From NCBI GenBank assembly GCA_026770705.1, contig JANJGN010000022.1, forward strand, positions 3,038,001 through 3,102,000: DNA of 64,000 nucleotides, written 5' to 3'. The notes under the pieces are model-generated. The model searched no databases and was not told where the DNA came from. It was given only the letters and a program-made list of their open reading frames with translations. Source of the stretch: Isurus oxyrinchus. Lineage: Eukaryota. Made by a program: the position numbers and the translations under genes. Positions 12,819 through 25,277 of this stretch are shown here, in pieces; the first letter of the stretch is position 1; each line of letters starts with the position of its first letter.

Positions 12819-12953
12819 TGCAGTGTAAGTATTGCAACAGAGAAGATGGAGACCTACAAAAGCACGCGAAGGTATACTTATAAAACGGCGAGCGACGACG
12901 ACAGACTAGTCTTGACAGTAAGAGAGACAAAATATGCATCTGGGAGACACTAG
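12819..12953 (+). CDS. LUC7L3: Alternative LUC7L3 3' exon, giving C-terminus VQCKYCNREDGDLQKHAKVYL-stop if the internal donor at 12698/12699 is used
   Basis: tttagcag| NAGNAG acceptor, TAA at 12881-12883, TAG|gtactt donor; resembles the mammalian alternative KSE|VQRKY isoform (from memory). Confidence 0.6.
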   Translation, partial: CSVSIATEKMETYKSTRRYTYKTASDDDRLVLTVRETKYASGRH

Positions 12954-14619
12954 GTACTTTACTTTACCTCTGCATATTATATATAATGTACTGAAACCTG
13001 GTCCTCATTTCTGTTCCTTTGTGGATCTAGTGAATGGCAATGAATGGGTTTGTGTTTTAAAAGTAACTTTAAGAAAACTGTGAATTTTTGGGGAATTGAT
13101 TGGACTGTGTGGGGTTGGTTGGTTGTTGTGAACTGTTATCAGTTGATAAGTTTAGAATTCATTAACTAGGTGGAGAATGGTTTTTTCCTGTTTCTGTGAC
13201 TGCATCTAAGGCATATTTGAAAAGATTTTTTTTAGTTTTAACAAATCTCTGTTAATGTCACGGATGTTGTAGATTTTTTGTTTTTTTTTTTTGTTTTTTT
13301 TTAAAAAACTGCCTTGCACTCTAATGGAGTCTTTCTGTAACTCGAGCCGGTAGCTTGGATTGCTGGAAGTGTAGGGTTTATGACTAAGTGAACCTGAGAA
13401 CCCATATCTCACACTGCGCTGGTCTTGTGAGCCGCCCATGAAAGCAAATTAAAAATCAAGGAATCAGTGAATGAATTGCAGGTACTCATGCCAGGTACAC
13501 TCCTTTCTCTACACACCTCCGTGTTTGAATGCTTTTGCCTGTTTTTTAAAAATAAATCTTTATCTTTTTTAAAGCTTGCTATTTCATATTGTATTTGCTG
13601 ATCATGTTTAACACAGGATTTAAATATTCGTTTCCTGTCACCGTAATTTTTTTTTTGAAATTGTGGAATTGTTTCTGTGCAGATGTGTTACAGAATTCTC
13701 TTCAAACTACAGGGGATGGAAGGGAATTTTCAAGAATTAACTTTACTTTTCACATAAATTTAAAACAAACCAAAAGCTGTAGCAGCCTCCTGTTTCCGTG
13801 CAGTACATTACAGGCCCTAGCACAGAGGTACGACTTGCGAGTTCTTTGCCCCTCCGTCCTCCTTCCTTGCCCTCCCATCCCATGTCCAGTGAGCTCTTGA
13901 CCGATGGTGCCCTGCCATGGCTGATGAAATTGTTTTTGTTAATTATTAAATTTTAAAAAAAAGATTTAAATGACAGTGACTTTGGTTACAACTGAGAAAA
14001 GGAATTGTCAATATTAATTCTTTGCTTGTGACCAGCTTCTTCCTGATGGTGGGTCAACTAAAGTTTATTGTAAATCTGTGAGGCTTTTGAAGTAGCAGCT
14101 TGAAAACGTGAACATTGTAATTCACCAGGTGTTTATAGCACACATGCATAGTGACAGGTCAGTACCCCACCCTACCAGGTGAGTCTACTTATTAGCAGCC
14201 CTGGTTACTGTCGAACACAGCACCCTCTCTATATCCCTTTAACCTGTTTGATTTCATCCTTCTCCAATACCAATTCTACCTCCCATTACACCGTCCAGTT
14301 AATAAATGAGCCCAGTGTCCTGGTTTCATTAGTCTTCCTGGTAACCCTGTTACAGCTGTTGAGCCCCCTCCATAAAGAAACATTTCTTGCCACCTACCTA
14401 ACTCACTACCTGGCCCCCTCCTGTATCTGATAATGTTGCACATTGACTTTCTCTGTTTCGTAGAGTATCTTCCCCGGTTTTGCAGTTCTTCAGTTTTTAA
14501 AAAAAAAGCTGCTGATCCCCAGCCTATGAATTCCGTTCTCTCTCTGGGCTTTTTCTTTCTTGCACTCACCTATCCAGGGACAGAGAGATCTGGGGTATAT
14601 ATGTGAAAAATCATTGAAG

Positions 14620-15022
14620 GTGGTTTAAAAAGGATCTTGAGCTTTATAAATAGGAGGATAGAATACGAAAGAAAGGGGGTTATGGTGAACCTTAATGACA
14701 CACTGGTCTGGCCCCAACTCAAATATTGTGTCCAATTCTGGGCAGCAGACTTAAAAGATGTGAAGACATTAGAGAGGTTGCAGAAAAGATTCACTGGAAT
14801 GGTTCCAGGGTTGAGGGTATGTGGATTGATTGGAGAAGCTGGAGCAGATTTGATAGAGGTTCAAAATCATGAAGGGTCCAGACAGTAGATAAATACTTGG
14901 AGAAAAAAGAATTGCAGGACCATAGGGAAATGGTGCAGCAGTTACACTAGCTAGATTGCAGTTTCAGAGAGCTGACCTGGACTCAATGGATCGAATGGCC
15001 TCCTGTGCTGTAACCATTCTAT
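14620..15022 (+). mobile_element. Degenerate CR1 LINE 3' fragment
   Basis: SFINRRIEYERK...PQLKYCVQFWA...LERLQKRFTGMVPGL. Confidence 0.75.
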
Positions 15023-15531
15023 GTACATCACCCCTAGGCAGCACACGCTGTACGTGTGGTGACATTGCAGCACTGTGCTGCTTCGCGATGACTGCAGAGG
15101 GACTCCAACTCAATCCCTTGAACAAAGATCAGCCTTTATAGGAGACCTGCAGGAAAGTGCAAGTTGTAGCAGTAAAGCTCGCCTATAATGCTCAACATAA
15201 TTCATCAATGAATCATGAGCTCTAATCTAACTTTTGGGATTCCTGCACCACCCTGTTAAAAATAGACAGCCTGTGATATCAGTGATAACGTCACCAAGCT
15301 AAGTCACAAATTTCTCCCCTCCCTCCTCAGTCTTTCCTCCTGCATGAGTCTGCTTAGACCCACCCACTCACTCATGTACGTCATATCTTCAAGCTCTTTA
15401 ACTGCCTAGGAACATTCTATTTTCAGAACATTAGCAATGCAAGTTGTTGTTTAGCCTCTACTCCTTTTGTGTTGATGTTAAAATTCAATTCAGAACTATC
15501 CTCTCATCCTCCTGAGAACAGCCTTAACTCA

Positions 15532-17162
15532 GCGTTAGGGCCAGCTAGCCCCACTCTGGCTGGGCGTTAGGGCCAGCTAGCCCCACTCTGGCTGGGCGTT
15601 AGGGCCAGCTAGCCCCACTCTGGCTGGGCGTTAGGGCCAGCTAGCCCCACTCTGGCTGGGCGTTAGGGCCAGCTAGCCCCACTCTGGCTGGGCGTTAGGG
15701 CCAGCTAGCCCCACTCTGGCTGAGCGTTAGCGCAAGCTAGCCCCACTCTGGCTGGGCGTTAGAGCCAGCTAGCCCCACTCTGGCTGGGCATTAGGGCCAG
15801 CTAGCCCCACTCTGGCTGGGCACTAGAGCCAGCTAGCCCCACTCTGGCTGGGCACTAGGGCCAGCTAGCCCCACTCTGGCTGGGCGTTAGAGCCAGCTAG
15901 CCCCACTCTGGCTGGGCGTTAGGGCCAGCTAGCCCCACTCTGGCTGGACACTAGAGCCAGCTAGCTCCACTCTGGCTGGGCGCTAGGGCCAGCTAGCCCC
16001 ACTCTGGCTGGGCGTTAGAGCCAGCTAGCCCCACTCTGGCTGGGCGTTAGAGCCAGCTAGCCCCACTCTGGCTGGGCGTTAGAGCCAGCTAGCCCCACTC
16101 TGGCTGGGCGTTAGAGCCAGCTAGCCCCACTCTGGCTGGGCGTTAGAGCCAGCTAGCCCCACTCTGGCTGGGCGTTAGAGCCAGCTAGCCCCACTCTGGC
16201 TGGGCGTTAGAGCCAGCTAGCCCCACTCTGGCTGGGCGTTAGAGCCAGCTAGCCCCACTCTGGCTGGGCGTTAGAGCCAGCTAGCCCCACTCTGGCTGGG
16301 CGTTAGAGCCAGCTAGCCCCACTCTGGCTGTGCGTTAGGGCCAGCTAGCCCCACTCTAGCTGTGCGTTAGGGCCAGCTAGCCCCACTCTGGCTGGGCGTT
16401 AGAGCCAGCTAGCCCCACTCTGGCTGGGCGTTAGAGCCAGCTAGCCCCACTCTGGCTGTGCGTTAGGGCCAGCTAGCCCCACTCTGGCTGTGCGTTAGGG
16501 CCAGCTAGCCCCACTCTGGCTGGGCGTTAGGGCCAGCTAGCCCCACTCTGGCTGGGCGCTAGGGCCAGCTAGCCCCACTCTGGCTGGGCGCTAGGGCCAG
16601 CTAGCCCCACTCTGGCTGGGCGCTAGGGCCAGCTAGCCCCACTCTGGCTGGGCGCTAGGGCCAGCTAGCCCCACTCTGGCTGGGCGTTAGGGCCAGCTAG
16701 CCCCACTCTGGCTGGGCGTTAGGGCCAGCAAGCCCCACTCTGGCTGGGCGTTAGAGCCAGCTAGCCCCACTCTGGCTGGGCGTTAGAGCCAGCTAGCCCC
16801 ACTCTGGCTGGGCGTTAGAGCCAGCTAGCCCCACTCTGGCTGGGCGTTAGTGCCAGCTAGCCCCACTCTGGCTGGGCGTTAGGGCCAGCTAGCCCCACTC
16901 TGGCTGGGCGTTAGGGCCAGCTAGCCCCACTCTGGCTGGGCGTTAGGGCCAGCTAGCCCCACTCTGGCTGGGCGTTAGGGCCAGCTAGCCCCACTCTGGC
17001 TGGGCGTTAGGGCCAGCTAGCCCCACTCTGGCTGGGCGTTAGAGCCAGCTAGCCCCACTCTGGCTGGGCGTTAGGGCCAGCTAGCCCCACTCTGGCTGTG
17101 CGTCAGGGCCAGCTAGCCCCACTCTGGCTGGGCGTAAGGGCCAGCTAGCCCCACTCTGGCCC
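15532..17162 (+). repeat. 32-bp GC-rich minisatellite, ~51 copies (GCGTTAG[G/A]GCCAGCTAGCCCCACTCTGGCTGG)
   Basis: Period 32 read directly (e.g. 15533 to 15565). Confidence 0.97.
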
Positions 17163-18269
17163 AGAGCGCACACTCCTGTTTTGTTGAAAGCAAAGCAGTG
17201 ACTGTTAATCATTGGGACATCCTGAGGTTGTATTGGGCAGGTGACCATAATTGTGATTTCACAGGTGATTCTCATTTTAATGATAAATTTGATTATAAAT
17301 AATTTGGGAAAGTGGAATTATCCTTTGTGATTTTTGTTTTGCAATATGGACCCAGTAACTCCTGTAGATTCCCCAATGCGGACAGCACTTTGTTTGAACA
17401 GATATTTAACAAGTCACAGGGGAGGGAGGAAAGTTCTTGTAATAATCAATTAATAAATATGGTTTTCTTTACTGTTTAGCAGGAACAGTTCAGGATTGAT
17501 AAAGGGGTTTGAGGCTTTCAATGATGTCAATGGGACATAGGGAAATGAATTGCTCCTTTAAAATGGAGGAATCAACACTGGAGGGCGGGGAATCCACGAT
17601 CGAAATTGAATCCAGGGAAGGTGGGAGGAATCCATAATGTCTTTGAATTCCGGCTTGATGGACCAAGTGACTGTTTCTCACTCCACACTTCTTAATTCGC
17701 ATGTTGCCTTTACGTATCCACAAGGGATAGTGTTTAGTAGTTGTAAACGAGTGAAGCATTCTTTAAAGCGAAAATTAAACTGAGGCTGCTGAAGAAGTTG
17801 CAATTAAGCATTAACTAGTTTGCTCAAGGCAACAGTGCACATCAAGGAGAGCTTTCCAGTAAAGAATTAATATTGACCAACTGGAAGGTAAAATGTTTTT
17901 ATGAAATGTAAAGTCACTGCCCTTGACCCTTTTTATGTTGTGTGATAAATCGGTTGACAACTCTGTATGCTGTCTGTCATTACAGATGGGGAGATTACAG
18001 TAAATCACTACTTAAGGATACAGTAGAGGTGGGCTGTTTACACTCTGAGAAAGGGTTTCCTTTTCTAGGTTAGAGCTGTAGCCAGTCGTTAGCAGAAACC
18101 CCAGAAGACAAGTGCTCTCTGTAGGGCAGTAGGAAGTCTTCAAGAGGTACTTTCCTTTTGCCTTTTTCTTAAAAAGAAAATAAATGGCTGTGTATGTAAT
18201 GGTGAGCAAGTTTGTGCATTCATTTACACTGATACTAATTGCATGTTGTCGAATGTTTAATTTCTATAG

Positions 18270-18900
18270 GCATGGCCATTTTGAAGATGTCAAGGAATCC
18301 CAGTGAAGATTTGACTGCCCAACCTGAAGTCTCTGCCCAGTTAAAACAAGGTGAAAGAAAACAGTAGTGGTGTAGGGAGAGGGAGAGAGAGAGTGAGAGG
18401 AATTGTAATTTTTAAGCAAAAAAAAAATACAAATTCATTTCAGGACTTTTATGTATGATTAGCTGCCCAAAGGAGTTCCCATTTCTTGTGCTTGCAATAC
18501 TCTTTTTCACTAACAGTGAACTCGAGTCCTGTTTTTTTCACAAGTGTGTCAGACTAAAGTGAGCAGTGCCCGAACCATGTGACCTGCAAATGTGTACCCG
18601 AAGGTTTTCCTTGACGTTTAAATTTCGTAGCAAACTGCTATCTGTAAATACACAGGCCGCTAAGTTGTATAGAGCTGTTTTGATTAAGAGGCTGATTTTT
18701 ACCATTGCTCCTGTGGCCACAATCTTTTTTTTTTGGTTTTTGTAGTGCTAGGCTGCCTGCCTCTTTCTTGGTTTCCCATCCAGCCGCGAGGACAAGTGTT
18801 GAGAATTTTTCCCTGCCCTGCTGTTCCTGTATTTTGAAAATGGTTGCTGTAATTTGCAAATTTTAGTGTTGAGTATGAATAAATCTTTTTTTCAGTAAAT
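18270..18900 (+). other. LUC7L3: Probable distal 3'-UTR terminal exon of LUC7L3 with poly(A) signal
   Basis: tttctatag| acceptor at 18269, AATAAA at 18878-18883 followed by T-rich sequence; segment TTAAAACAAGGTGAAAGAAA..TAGTGG resembles the mammalian distal UTR exon (from memory). Confidence 0.55.
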
Positions 18901-19669
18901 TTTCCACTCTGCCTTGTATTTAATTTATATTTTGGTTCGAGTTTTCAAGTGCAGGGGAGGGACTCTGGGCTCTGCTCTACAGCATGTCAACACTTCTCTC
19001 TGACTGACTGTTGGGCTACAGCACTCCTCCCCTTTCTCCCCTAATGTGTTCGACCCAGCTGTAGAGATGGAGCCTCCATGCTGCAGCCTGGCTGACAAGC
19101 AATGCATTGGATCCAGAAGATTGTAGGTTTAAGACCCATGCTGGAGACTTGAGCAGATAATGAAGGCTGCTGCTGGGTGGTACTGGGGAATACTAATATA
19201 TGCAGATCTGTTGAATTGCTGATGAGGCATTAAACCAGTGCCCTATCTGCCCTCTGGATGTATGCACTACTTTGAAGAAGAGTTGAGTGTTCTCCCCAGT
19301 GCCCTGCCCATTATTTATTCCTCATCATCACTGAACCAGGTTAATTGGTCGTTTATTTAATTGTTGTTTATGGATCCTTGCTGTGTGGAATTTGGTTGCC
19401 TGTTTTAATAGTGACTACTTCATTGGCTGCAAAGTACTTTAGGACTTAAAGGTTGTCAAAGGTGCTATATAAATGCAAGTTCTTGTGTGCTGAGGTATTG
19501 CCTACTTAACTAGTTGAGTCCTGGTGAGAGAGGATCTGTGAGCAAACAATTTCTAGGAGTGAACTGGCCTGTTTCTCAATTTTTACCAAGTTGCTGCAGG
19601 TAGGTTAAGGACCTCTGACCTCTGCTTGAGACAAGTTCATGGACACTGCATGTTTAGCAAAAGTCTTGT

Positions 19670-19675
19670 TTTATT
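19670..19675 (-). terminator. Poly(A) signal (AATAAA) of ABCC3
   Basis: TTTATT on the + strand about 320 nt past the ABCC3 stop. Confidence 0.6.
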
Positions 19676-19992
19676 GAAACAAACTCCTGCCTGGATCATT
19701 TTCCTATGGTCATAGCTCATACTTATATATTTACAAAAAAAAACAAACACCTGCACTTAAATGCTTAACATATAAATACATCAAGTACAAAAATAGAATG
19801 CTGTTCAGTGATTTTACAAAAAAAAACCTGCCTGTTTTTGTCTCCTGAGTGGGAACAGATTCTCTTTGGATTTAAATTGGAAACATTAGGTCTGAGGCTC
19901 TGCAAGTTTAAGAGAAGTCACGGTGCAAGGGATCTGGAAATGTACAGGTGCAGTACAGTGCCCAGGGTTTCCACCATCTGGAATGGTTTGGG

Positions 19993-20101
19993 TTATGCTA
20001 GGCCAGCATCTTTAACCATGCTGTAGAAGATTCCCTTCTGCGCAATGAGGTTGCTAGGTGTATCAAACTCTGCTATCCTCCCCTTTTCCAGTACCAACAC
20101 C
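19993..20101 (-). CDS. ABCC3: ABCC3/MRP3 last exon (31): VLVLEKGRIAEFDTPSNLIAQKGIFYSMVKDAGLA-stop
   Basis: cag| acceptor, TAA; DAGLA C-terminus and linkage to LUC7L3 favour ABCC3 over ABCC1. Confidence 0.92.
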
Positions 20102-20281
20102 CTGCCAGAGAAAAGAAGTGTTAATGCAAAGATCATTAAACAGACTCTTCCAGGGCTCCCCATTAGCAGTGATCCATCCCCACGTTACTGATTTAAATGG
20201 TCACACTGTCAATGGTACCAGGTCTCTTCCCTGATACTAAACCCTCCCCCAACCCTGCTCCTGGGCTATAATCACTCCTTA

Positions 20282-20527
<246 letters not shown>

Positions 20528-21179
20528 TTAAGATTGCCACTCTCTCCATGCTGAAGGGTGCTCTCTGCTCTTGGTTTCCATAATCTAATCCAAGTGGTCA
20601 CCTTCATGTCTGAGCACAGTGTGTTGGTGGGGGAGTCAGCCCAGTCTGGACCTGAATCTGAACCAACCCACACGAGCTCTTCCAGCTAGAGTCACTGGAC
20701 AAAAGATCAGAAGGAACTTGCACTCCCCTGAGGCTAAGTCTGGCTCAAATGATGTCCCTGAAGACACTGCACATCTTGGGCGTTTTATTCTGTGTCCTGT
20801 CAATTGTTCCTGAGCAGGTGCAATACGGGTTAATTTTTGTTGTATTCATTCACAGGATGTGGGTGTCACTGTAAGACCAATATTTATTACCCTTGAAAAG
20901 GTAATAATGAGCCACCTTGAGTATAACTAAGTGACTTGCTAGGTTATGTCAGAGGAGTAAACCACATGGCCCCGGGTCTGGAGTCACGTGGGCAGATTTC
21001 CTTCCCTGAAGGACATGAGTGAACCAGATGGGTTTTTATGACAATCAATGATAGTTTCATGGTCATCATTACTGAGTAGCTTTTTATTTCTGGCTTTATT
21101 AATGGAATGTAAATTCTTCAGCTGCTGGGGTGTGATCAGAAATCATGTCTGACTCATCAATTCAGTAGCACAATTTTTT

Positions 21180-22400
21180 TATTCATTCATTCACGGGATG
21201 TGGGTATCACCTTCTAGACCAATGTTTAATACCCATCCCTAATTGCCCTTGAGAAGGTGGTGGTGAGCTGCCACCATGACCCGCTGCAGTCCATGTGGTG
21301 TAGGTACACCCACTGTGCTGTTAGGGAGGGAGTTCCAGGATTTTGACCCAGCAACAGGGAAGGAACGGCGATATATTTCCCAGTCAGGATGGGGAGTGAC
21401 TTGGAGGGGAACTTCCAGGTGGTGCTGTTCCCATCTGTCTGCTGTCCTTGTCCTTCTAGATGATAGAGGTCGTGGGTTTGGAAGGTGCTGCCTAAGGAGC
21501 CTTGGTGAGTTCCTGCAGTGCATCTTGTAGATGGTACACACACTGCTGCTACTGTGTGTCGGTGGTGGAAGGAGTGAATGTTTGTGGATGGGGCGCCAAT
21601 CAATCTTTGTCTTGGACGGTGTCCAGCTTCTTGTGTTGTTGGAGCTGCACTCATCCAGGCAATTCCAACTTGCGCCTTATAGATGGTGGACAGGCTTTGG
21701 GAAGTCGGGAGGTGAGTGACTTGCCACATAATTCCTAGCCTCTGACCTCTTGTAGCACAGTATTTGTATGGTTAGCCCAGTTCAGTTTCTGGTTAATGCT
21801 GAACCCCCCTCCCCCGATGTTGATAGTGGGGGATTCAGCGACGGTAATGCCATTGAATGTTAAGGGACGATGGTTAGGTTCTCTCTTGTTGGAGATGGTC
21901 ATTGCCTGGCACTTGTCAGCCCAAGCCTGGATATTGTCCAGGTCTTGCTACATTTTGGACATGGACTGCTTCAGTATCTGAGGAGTTGTGAATGGTGTTC
22001 AACATTGATGATTGCACAACGAACATCCCCACTTCTGACCTTATGCTGGAAGGAAGGCCATTGATGAAGCAGCTGAAGATGGTTGGGCTGAGGACACTAC
22101 CCTGAGGAACTCCTGCAGTGATGTCCTGGAGCTGAGATGATTGATCATCAACCACAACCATCTTTTTGCTGGGGCTGCTTGATGCCAAGCTGTTACATGC
22201 TGCTTTGATGTAAAAAGCGGTCAGAGTTCAGCTCTTTTGTCCATGTTTGAACCAAAGCTGTAATGAGGTCAGAAGCTGAGTGACCCTGGTGGAACCCAAA
22301 CTGAGCATTGGTGAGCAGGTTATTGCTAAGCAAGTGCCACTTGTTCGTCAGTAAAGTAATGGAAGGGGTCATCAACAGTGCTGTCAAGAGTAGACTGACA
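21180..22400 (-). mobile_element. CR1/L2-clade LINE, decayed RT and 3' end
   Basis: AGVPQGSVLSPTIFSCFIN and NAQFGFHQGHSASD. Confidence 0.85.
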
Positions 22401-22574
22401 GGGTAGTAATTTTCTGGGTTGGATTTGTCTTGATATCACGTGAAGTGAATTGGCAGAAGACTGGCATCTGTGACACTGGGGACTTCTGGAAGTTCAACTT
22501 CTGAAAGTTGTTGAAAATTATTTAGCCTTATCTTTTGCACTGATGTGCTGGACTCCCCCATCATTGGGGATGGG

Positions 22575-22960
22575 CTGATCTATGGGCACCCGGTGCGGAA
22601 GGGGGTCGGGAAGGAGGAGGACCATCTCGTGAACCTGCTCCTGGGCCTGGCCAAGTTGGCCATTAACAGGTCCAGGCAGCGGGCGATCCCCGCCCGATTG
22701 TTTGTCCCTCTTCCGCGGCTACGTTCGCTGCTGGATGTCCCTGGAGAGGGAGCACGCGGTGTCTGCTGGCACTCTCGAGGCCTTCCATGCTCGGTGGGCA
22801 CCGCGGGGACTGGGGTGTTTTGTTGACCCCTTTAATCACATTTTGATTTAAAGTTTGTAAGTTTCCTTTAAACTTTGTTCTTGGTTTCACAATTGACCTG
22901 AATTAGGGGCTGTGCCTGATTTATCCCGATTTTGTTGATTTGGTTTTCTTTTAAAAGATT
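22575..22960 (+). mobile_element. Tx1/L1-like LINE 3' fragment; inverted related copy at about 25920-26105
   Basis: LVNLLLGLAKLAINRSRQ followed by a T-rich 3' UTR; 22780-22880 is the reverse complement of 25985-26100. Confidence 0.6.
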
Positions 22961-23074
22961 ATCATTGGGGATGGGGATATTTGTGGAGCCCCCTCCTCCA
23001 GTGAGTTGTTTAATTGTCCACCTCCATTCCTGACTGGATATGGCAGGACTGCAGAACTTAGATCTGATCTCTTG

Positions 23075-25277
23075 GTCGTGGAGGCTGAGCGTCAACTCGC
23101 AGACACTTCCTCCTACCTCTCCTGGACCATGACCCCACCACTGAACATCAAGCCATTGTTTCCAGGACTGTCACTGACCTCATCTCCTCTGGGGATCTCC
23201 CTCCCACAGCTTCCAACCTGATAGTCGCCCAACCTTGGACGGCCCACTTCTACCTCCTACACAAAATCCACAAACAGGACTGTCCCGGCAGACCGATCGT
23301 GTCAGCCTGTTCCTGCCCCATGGAACTCATTTCTCGTTATCTTGACTCCCTTCTCTCTCCCCTTGTCCAGTCCCTTCCCACCTACATCCGTGATTCCTCT
23401 GACACCTTACGTCACATCAACACTTTCCAGTTCCCTGGTCCCAACCGCTTCCTCTTCACCATGGACGTCCAATCCCTCTACACCTCCATCCCCCACCAGG
23501 ATGGTCTGAGGGCCCTTAGCTTCTTCCTCGAACAGAGGCCCGAACAATCCCCATCCACCACTACTCTCCTCCGTCTGGCTGAACTCGTTCTCACACTGAA
23601 CAATTTCTCCTTCAACTCCTCTCACTTCCTCCAAATAAAAGGTGTGGCTATGGGTACCCGCATGGGCCCCAGCTATGCCTGTCTCTTTATGGGATATGTG
23701 GAACATTCCTTGTTCCAGTCCTACTCTGGCCCCCTTCCAGAACTTTTTCTCCGGTACATCGATGATTACTTCGGTGCTGCTTCATGCTTTCGTCGGGACT
23801 TGGAAAAATTTATTAATTTTGCTTCCAATCTCCACCCCTCCAACATTTTCACGTGGTCCATCTCTGACACTTCCCTTCCCTTCCTTGACCTCTCTGTCTC
23901 AATCTCTGGTGATAGACCATCCACCAATATCCATTACAAACCCACCGACTCCCACAGCTACCTCGACTACAGCTCCTCACACCCCGCTTCCTGTAAGGAC
24001 TCCATCCCATTCTCTCAGTTCCTTCGCCTCCGTCGCATCTGTTCCGATGATGCTACCTTCAAAAACAGTTCCTCTGACATGTCCTCCTTCTTCCTTAACC
24101 GAGGTTTTCCACCCACGGTCGTTGACAAGGCCCTCAACCGTGTCCAGCCCATCTCACGCGCATCCGCCCTCATGCCTTCTCCTCCCTCCCAGAAACATGA
24201 TAGGGTCCCCCTTGTCCTCACTTATCACCCCACCAGCCTCCGCATTCAAAGGATCATCCTCCGCCATTTCCGCCAACTCCAGCATGATGCCACCACCAAA
24301 CACATCTTCCCTTCACCCCCCAACGGCATTCCGTAGGGATCATTTCCTCCGGGACACCCTGGTCCACTCCTCCATCACCCCCTACACCTCAACCCCCACC
24401 TATGGCACCACCCCATGCCCACACAAAAGATGTAACACCTGCCCCTTCACTTCCTTTCTCCTCACCGTCCAAGGGCTCAAACACTCCTTTCAAGTGAAGC
24501 AGCATTTCACTTGCATTTCCCCCAACTTAGTCTACTGCATTCGTTGCTCCCAATGTGGTCTCCTCGACATTGGAGAGACCAAACAGAAACTGGGCGACCG
24601 CTTTGCAGAACACCTGCGGTCTGTCCGCAAGAATGACCCAAACCTCCCTGTCGCTTGCCATTTTAACACTCCACCCTGCTCTCTTGCCCACATGTCTGTC
24701 CTTGGCTTGCTGCATTGTTCCAGTGAAGCCCAACGCAAACTGGAGGAACAACACCTCATCTTCCGACTAGGCACTTTACAGCCTTCCGGACTGAATATTG
24801 AGTTTAGCAACTTTAGATCTTGAACTCCCTCCTCCATCCCCACCCCCTTTCTGTTTCTTCCAATAATTTATATAGATTTTTCTTTTCCCACCTATTTCCA
24901 TTATTTTTAAATCTTTTATGCCCCCCTACCCCCACTAGAGCTACAGCTTGAGTGCCCTACCATCCATTCTTAATTAGCACATTCGTTTAGATAATATCAC
25001 CAACTTCAACACCTGTGTTCTTTTGTCTATGACATCTTTTGATTATCTGCTCCTATCACTGCTTTCTTGTCCCTACAACAACACCCCCTGCCTCCACTTC
25101 TCTCCTCCCACCCAACCCCCCCCCCCCCAACCTTAAACCAGCTTATATTTCACCCCTCTCCTTGGATTCACTCAGTACTGCTGTAGGGTCATGAGGACTC
25201 GAAATGTCAGCTCTTTTCTTCTCCACCGGTGCTGTCAGACCTGCTGAGTTTTTCCAGGTAATTCTGTTTTTGTTTAG
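23075..25277 (+). mobile_element. Penelope-like retroelement (5'-truncated RT plus GIY-YIG endonuclease, frameshift in a C-run near 24320) with 3' terminal repeat
   Basis: RT motifs MDVQSLYTSI, GVAMGTRMGPSYA, FLRYIDD, HYKPTD; GIY-YIG region LVYCIRCSQC..DIGET...RFAEH...GLN. Confidence 0.93.

Noticed and set aside
15532-17162. Regular array that might suggest CRISPR or an interstitial telomere
   Set aside because: Head-to-tail 32-mers with no unique spacers in a eukaryotic locus; at most one TTAGGG per unit.
23642-24320. N-terminal part of the 393-aa ORF as a separate gene
   Set aside because: Off-frame overlap with the Penelope RT; only the part after the ~24320 frameshift (GIY-YIG) is meaningful.
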